49,413 bases of DNA from a virus, in IMG/VR virus record IMGVR_UViG_2582580504_000002. One strand, written 5' to 3'. Positions 45,075 through 49,413 of the stretch are shown here, in pieces; position 1 is the first letter of the stretch, and each line of letters begins with the position of its first letter. The notes below the pieces were generated by a model that saw only the letters and a list, made by a program, of their open reading frames with translations, had not been told where the DNA came from and searched no databases. A program made the translations under genes and the position numbers.

Positions 45075-46193
45075 ATGAAAGCACTTGGAACCGGTTCGGT
45101 TGGTGAGGGAACGCTCGGAGCAGCGAGACGGCACGCAGATGGGTACGTTGAAGAGATCGCCGGCGACGCTATGCGAACTGTGTCGTTCGAGCGTCGCCCT
45201 GGTGCCCGAAGCACGCTCGGCGAGGGCTCGATCGGCGAGGGGACGCTCGGTGAGACGGAGCGCCTCCCCGGATACGTCGGTCGGATTTCCGGTGATACGG
45301 ACCGGGCGATCGATGTCGCTCGAGCTGTCGATGGCTACCTCGAGGAGATCGTCGGCGCGGCTGCCCGCGAACTGATCCGGAATCGCTCGGCAGAGGGGTA
45401 CCTCGGGGAGATCGTCGGTGAAGCTGACCGCGGATACGCTGGCTGGTGGATCGCGGGACACATGATCCCCGAGTTGGTCGACGAGATTCGAGACTGGCAG
45501 CGGTTGACGCTCGTCTTCCGCAGCGAGCTATCGGTCGTCCGGGATGGTCTACGGCCACTGAATGCAAACGCAGGCTCGCTCAGCGTCCTCGAGCGTGCCG
45601 ACGGGTCGTTCCGGGCGACAGATCGGGCTGGTGGCGACAACACGATCGATGTCGAGCCGCCGTTCAGGCGTCGCGACCATCGTCCTGTTCGAACCTGGCA
45701 TGTTGAAGAGTACGAGGAAGAGGTCATCGACCAGGACGGCGAGCGGTACGAGGCGACCCTCGAACTCACTGCCAGCGAAAGCAAGACGCTTCAGGAGCAG
45801 TACGACGACATCGCCGACAGCGAAGTCGGAAGTGAGGAATGGCTGTTCGACTTCGAGACAGGATCGTTCGTGACGCGGCGCGTCCGTCACAACATCGGAA
45901 AGGAGGGATCAGACGGCGTCGAGACAACGATGCTGACGCTCGAACTCGAGCCGCGGCAGGTCCGAATCCTCGAGGAGAACGCGTCGAAGCAGGCCGCCGT
46001 GACGGTCCGCGAGGTCCCGGACGGTTCGAACTTCGTCAGCGACGCTGCAGCGGAGAACACGATCTCGCTGTCCGTCCCGGATAACGTCGGTGACGGGATC
46101 TCGTCCGGGCAGTTCGCCATCATGGAGTGGGAGACGGAGTGGCTGAACGACGCCTTCTACGAGGCCTCTCTCGAGATCGCTCCGATCGTGTAA
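45075..46193 (+). CDS. Hypothetical (probably virion) protein with N-terminal repeats and two beta domains
   Basis: GxGSxGEGTLG x2; GY[VL]xxIxG x4; acidic beta-rich C-terminus. Confidence 0.7.
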   Translation: MKALGTGSVGEGTLGAARRHADGYVEEIAGDAMRTVSFERRPGARSTLGEGSIGEGTLGETERLPGYVGRISGDTDRAIDVARAVDGYLEEIVGAAARELIRNRSAEGYLGEIVGEADRGYAGWWIAGHMIPELVDEIRDWQRLTLVFRSELSVVRDGLRPLNANAGSLSVLERADGSFRATDRAGGDNTIDVEPPFRRRDHRPVRTWHVEEYEEEVIDQDGERYEATLELTASESKTLQEQYDDIADSEVGSEEWLFDFETGSFVTRRVRHNIGKEGSDGVETTMLTLELEPRQVRILEENASKQAAVTVREVPDGSNFVSDAAAENTISLSVPDNVGDGISSGQFAIMEWETEWLNDAFYEASLEIAPIV

Positions 46194-46196
46194 CTG

Positions 46197-46604
46197 TTAG
46201 AGTCGCGGATCCGTCTCGAGTTCGTAGTCATCGATCCGGTACGACTCATCGCCCGTGTACGACGCTTCGAACTCCCAAACGCGGCCATCAGGGAGATCTG
46301 TCGTTGTAGCCAGGCCTTCACCGATTAGGACATCGTCTTCATCAAGGAAGTCGACGTTCACACTGATGTTCGATATTTCTTCTCCGGAGATGTTCTCGAG
46401 AGTTCCAACAACACTCGGGAAAGTTCCACCACGCTTGAACTCGTGCTCCAGAACCTCAACAAGCTGCTCTGGCTCCTCGTCACCACTGCCGTTCCCACTG
46501 CTGTTCCCGTTGCCCTCTTCGTCGCTGGTTTCGTCGCTAGAACAGCCAGCAAGGGCAGTCGAGAGTGCAACACCACTACCAAGCAGTAGCTTCCGCCGGT
46601 ACAT
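46197..46604 (-). CDS. Tat lipoprotein with FxLYD-type Ig-like domain (moron)
   Basis: MYRRKLL..ALAGC lipobox; VVGTLEN..VNVDFLDEDDVLIG..WEFEA; own TATA TTCTTATC ~25-30 nt upstream. Confidence 0.87.
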   Translation of the reverse strand: MYRRKLLLGSGVALSTALAGCSSDETSDEEGNGNSSGNGSGDEEPEQLVEVLEHEFKRGGTFPSVVGTLENISGEEISNISVNVDFLDEDDVLIGEGLATTTDLPDGRVWEFEASYTGDESYRIDDYELETDPRL

Positions 46605-46683
46605 ATCACTCTGATTGAACGGTTCCGTGATAAGAATGGCGTCTGTGAAATAACGAAAGGGTAATTGAGAGGCTACTGCAGCG

Positions 46684-46762
46684 TCAACCTAACTGGTTGA
46701 GCTGCGACTGCGTGTTGTCCGGCGAGCTGGCGATGTAGGCCTGAGCCGTGCTGATCTGGCTC
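46684..46762 (-). pseudogene. Displaced original 3' end (25 codons + stop) of the tyrosine recombinase
   Basis: SQISTAQAYIASSPDNTQSQLNQLG*, 18/25 identical to the recombinase's present C-terminus and the same length; GC3 22/25. Confidence 0.9.
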
Positions 46763-47638
46763 TTAGAGTCGTCCCCGTAGCGTTTCGCGTTCCTCCCACG
46801 GGATATGGATATCAGCGGGCAGTTCAGATCCGACGACAATGTATGTGTATTCGGGATGGGTCTCGAGAAACATCTCAGACCGTTCGGCTTGCCCTTCCCA
46901 GACGTACCCTTTGACCTCAATTATCGTATCGTCGACTCTGAAGTCAGGCGTGTAGTAGCGATCACCGATGTCAAAGCGTTCGGGTTCGTACTCGTGGGCG
47001 TCGACCGCCTCCGACAACAGCTTATCAATTTCCGCTTCCCAGTGCGACCGTACTGTATGGCCAGTCTCATCGACCTCAATCGAGAGTTGGTGAGGTGGAT
47101 AGCTATTCTCCCGGATTTTCTGCCGGGTTTCCTCGCTTACATCATGCCCCTCCAACGTATCACTTATTTTCTGACGGATCTCATCAGTCATCTCTGTATC
47201 TGATATTTCCGTCAGATGTTCGACCCACCCCTCCTGATCTGCGTCGTTCTCCCACCAGTCTCTCCACCCTTCTTTCGCAGCCTCGATGACGTGGTCAGGC
47301 ATGGTTTTCCCTCGTTGTGCCTCTGCAATTCGCTCAACAACTTCTTGCGGTCGCTCTCGAGAGCTTGGGTGCGCATCGCCTAAGTCTGCGTTATACAAAC
47401 AATCTTTACAGAAGTCAGTTGACCGAACCTCCAGCTCATGTTCATACATTTCTGTTTCGCCACCACAATTCTCACAGATAAGAGTAGTCTTCACGAGGGA
47501 TTCGCCGTGTATCCATGAGTGGTGACGGTGCATCCCTACTTCCGTATCGAATACCTTCCCGCATGTCGGACAGGTTCGTTCTTCGGAGATGGTTTCGCCA
47601 GTCAAAGTTTGCTGTAACGGCGTATCCCTGTCGCTCAT
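46763..47638 (-). CDS. Free-standing homing-endonuclease-like protein: C2H2 and Zn ribbon, NUMOD3-like repeats, PD-(D/E)xK nuclease
   Basis: CPTC..HHSWIH; CENC..CKDC; HDVSEETRQKI and EIRQKIS; RSHWE..YEPERF..YTPDF..IIEVKG. Confidence 0.85.
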   Translation of the reverse strand: MSDRDTPLQQTLTGETISEERTCPTCGKVFDTEVGMHRHHSWIHGESLVKTTLICENCGGETEMYEHELEVRSTDFCKDCLYNADLGDAHPSSRERPQEVVERIAEAQRGKTMPDHVIEAAKEGWRDWWENDADQEGWVEHLTEISDTEMTDEIRQKISDTLEGHDVSEETRQKIRENSYPPHQLSIEVDETGHTVRSHWEAEIDKLLSEAVDAHEYEPERFDIGDRYYTPDFRVDDTIIEVKGYVWEGQAERSEMFLETHPEYTYIVVGSELPADIHIPWEERETLRGRL

Positions 47639-47798
47639 CGCTTACAGATGAATTATAGTACACCACAAAAATAGTTTGTCAGAGATCTGCTCTAACGACT
47701 GAATCAGTCCTCAGACAGGCTCAAGCCAACTGATTCAGTTGTGTCTGTGTGTTGTCTGGGGATGATGATATGTAGTTCTGTGCTGTTTGGATGGAAGC
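46763..47798 (-). mobile_element. ~1.04-kb mobile cassette (recoded recombinase tail + nuclease gene)
   Basis: Begins immediately after the TGG codon at 47801-47799, ends next to the stranded original tail; lower GC than its flanks. Confidence 0.8.
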
Positions 47799-48635
47799 CC
47801 AGCCGAACATCGCCTGCAGCGCCGGTGCTTCAAGTCCTTTCCCTGCCACGTGGCTCGCAGCGGTCGCGCGGAGCCCGTGCGGTGTCGTGTCGCCGACTTC
47901 CAGCCCTTCTGCGAGTTCGAGCGACTTGTCCAAACGTCGCCGGAGGGCAGACATCGACTTGTTCCACTGGTCGAAGACGTCGAAGAACCGTTCGACGGCG
48001 ATCTCGGCTCGAGGGGACCAATCAAACGGCACTTCGCGTTCTGCGTTCTCTGTCTTCGCGCTCCACGCCTGTGATTCGGCTTCTTCGACCGATATCTGGT
48101 TCTCGTTCCGGTACTGTTCGGCGACGTCGTCGAGCGCTTTCCGGAACGCCTCAGCGTCGTCCACCGTTGCAGCGTTCTCAGCGATGGACTCCAACTGCCG
48201 ATCGAGCGCCTCCTTAGAGAGATCACTGTCGATGTGGACGATGTGTGCGGTCTGGAGCTGCCGTCGTACATCCCCCGGAACCTGCGGAACCTCAGAGAGT
48301 TGTTCTTGGAGGACCTCAAGCCGCGCCTCGGAGAGCGAGAGTTCGCTGTACTCTGACTTCTGACGAGCCTGCTGGCTACAGTAGCCGCAGCAGTCTTCTC
48401 CGTAGCCCTTGCTGCAGGGCTCGTGGTACGGCACCTCGATTCGTCTCTTCCGCCAGTTCACCCACGATTCTTGGCTATGGAGAATCTCACCGGCCCGCAG
48501 TCCGAGCCGGCCACCGACGAAGGCGACGTACTCGGCCTCGAGGCGCTGCAGTCGGTCGTCGATGCTCTTCGCACCGGCGACGAAGTGCTCAAACTCGTAC
48601 GCGTCGAGCGCGAGCTCCTTCGAGTGGGTTACCAC
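47721..48635 (-). CDS. Second tyrosine recombinase (XerC-like haloarchaeal family with a CCGYC insertion), possibly a resolvase
   Basis: RLGLRAGEI (R), AKT (K), PHGLRATAA (HxxR), FGW, AQNY (Y); GGAGGG SD before GTG 48635. Confidence 0.92.
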   Translation of the reverse strand: MVTHSKELALDAYEFEHFVAGAKSIDDRLQRLEAEYVAFVGGRLGLRAGEILHSQESWVNWRKRRIEVPYHEPCSKGYGEDCCGYCSQQARQKSEYSELSLSEARLEVLQEQLSEVPQVPGDVRRQLQTAHIVHIDSDLSKEALDRQLESIAENAATVDDAEAFRKALDDVAEQYRNENQISVEEAESQAWSAKTENAEREVPFDWSPRAEIAVERFFDVFDQWNKSMSALRRRLDKSLELAEGLEVGDTTPHGLRATAASHVAGKGLEAPALQAMFGWASIQTAQNYISSSPDNTQTQLNQLA

Positions 48636-49102
48636 GGTTCCCTCCGTTGGGCGTGTTCTGCGACCGCTGCTTCGAGGGTCTCGAGCAGCGCGGCACAGGC
48701 CTGAGTGGACTCGGTCGTCGTGACCGTCCGCTCGTCTGGATGCCACTGGATGATCCCACGCTCGTCGAGCAGCGGGAGATGGTTGTTCCGCAGCCCGGTC
48801 TTGACAGATCGGAGCGACCGCCAGTTGACGATCGCCGGATCGACGTCGTCTTCGATCGCCCCGACCTCACGCGAGAGTTCCTCGAGACGGATCATCAGCT
48901 GATCGTCTTCGTCGACGAGCTCCGCTAGCCGACGGATCGTGATGCGCCGGCGCCGTGACCCGAAGAGGTCCACAACGCCCTCGAGGTCTTCGTCGACGTA
49001 CGCCGGGTCCGGCTCGCAGCGGTCCCGGTCGTAGTACGTGTTCGGGTTTGGCCGGTCGACCACGATGTCGTGATCGCGCCGGTCCTCGGGCCCGTGCATC
49101 AT
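48629..49102 (-). CDS. Haloarchaeal winged-helix domain protein (DUF7344-like)
   Basis: LFGSRRRRITIRRL...VKTGLRNNHLPLLDERGIIQW. Confidence 0.75.
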   Translation of the reverse strand: MMHGPEDRRDHDIVVDRPNPNTYYDRDRCEPDPAYVDEDLEGVVDLFGSRRRRITIRRLAELVDEDDQLMIRLEELSREVGAIEDDVDPAIVNWRSLRSVKTGLRNNHLPLLDERGIIQWHPDERTVTTTESTQACAALLETLEAAVAEHAQRREPW

Positions 49103-49413
49103 CGGTGGATCCCTCCATCGATGTGCTCCTCGAGCGCCTGGTCGATCTGCTGGAGTTCCTCACGTCGGTAGTTGAGTCCTCGATCGGCGGCCGGGTCGAA
49201 CCCGAAGCCGCACAGATCGGCTAGCCAGATGCGCAGCTGCCGTTCGTTCATCGTCGACGCGGTCTCCCGGGCAACGCCGCTGCGGGCCAGCCGCGCGATG
49301 CTCTCGATGATCGTCTCTCGCGAGAGCCGGGATGGGATCGGCTCGGTACCGACGCGATCGCAGACCGACCGCCGGATCTCGTCAGCCGACCGGTCGTCCC
49401 GGAGGCGCTCGAT
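49099..49413 (-). CDS. 3' part of the junction-spanning 116-aa hypothetical protein
   Basis: 104 open codons from the window end to a TGA overlapping the ATG of the next gene. Confidence 0.72.
   Translation of the reverse strand: MERLRDDRSADEIRRSVCDRVGTEPIPSRLSRETIIESIARLARSGVARETASTMNERQLRIWLADLCGFGFDPAADRGLNYRREELQQIDQALEEHIDGGIHR

Larger units (their letters stand above)
1..49413. mobile_element. Temperate haloarchaeal tailed virus (siphovirus-like Caudoviricetes), apparently a complete circular genome
   Basis: Terminase, portal, HK97 capsid, tail tube, tape measure and spike genes, no sheath gene; integrase, ParA and Cdc6 present; ends join in frame within one ORF. Confidence 0.9.

Noticed and set aside
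46684-46920. 78-aa ORF ending in the recombinase-like tail
   Set aside because: Its N-terminal part is an off-frame read of the nuclease gene; only the last 25 codons are meaningful, as a stranded remnant.
43342-48635. phiCh1-style invertible tail-fibre system driven by the second recombinase
   Set aside because: No second fibre gene in inverse orientation and no flanking inverted repeats seen by eye.
1-49413. Very frequent CTCGAG and scarce CTAG as a dispersed signal
   Set aside because: Consistent with known haloarchaeal genome-wide composition and Leu-Glu codon pairs; not element-specific.

Overview
The window looks like a complete ~49.4-kb temperate tailed virus of a halophilic archaeon. 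Evidence: acidic proteins, leaderless TATA promoters, Tat lipoproteins and very frequent CTCGAG (host possibly Natrialbales, by inference). The two ends join in frame inside one gene, which suggests a circular episome. Layout: (1) maintenance module with SNJ2-like tyrosine integrase, candidate att palindrome, ParA plus RHH-like partner and a degenerate Cdc6 AAA fragment; (2) leftward early operon with zinc-finger proteins, DUF3307, a J-domain protein and a C5-methyltransferase lacking its C-terminal motifs; (3) two divergent switch regions with periodic operator-like repeats, around a full-length Cdc6/Orc1; (4) rightward middle genes; (5) an ORF-poor, hairpin-dense region with a tRNA-like domain and complementary loops; (6) small membrane proteins, a zincin, and a siphovirus-type morphogenesis block (TerS, TerL, portal-MuF fusion, protease/scaffold, HK97 capsid, tail tube, -1 frameshifting chaperone, Trp-repeat tape measure, hub, beta-helix spike); (7) lipoprotein morons and a second tyrosine recombinase. 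The 3' end of that second recombinase was replaced by a ~1-kb cassette carrying a recoded copy of its last 25 codons plus a Zn-finger/NUMOD3/PD-(D/E)xK nuclease, with the original 3' end left stranded downstream. All family assignments come from motif recognition by eye; no database searches were run.
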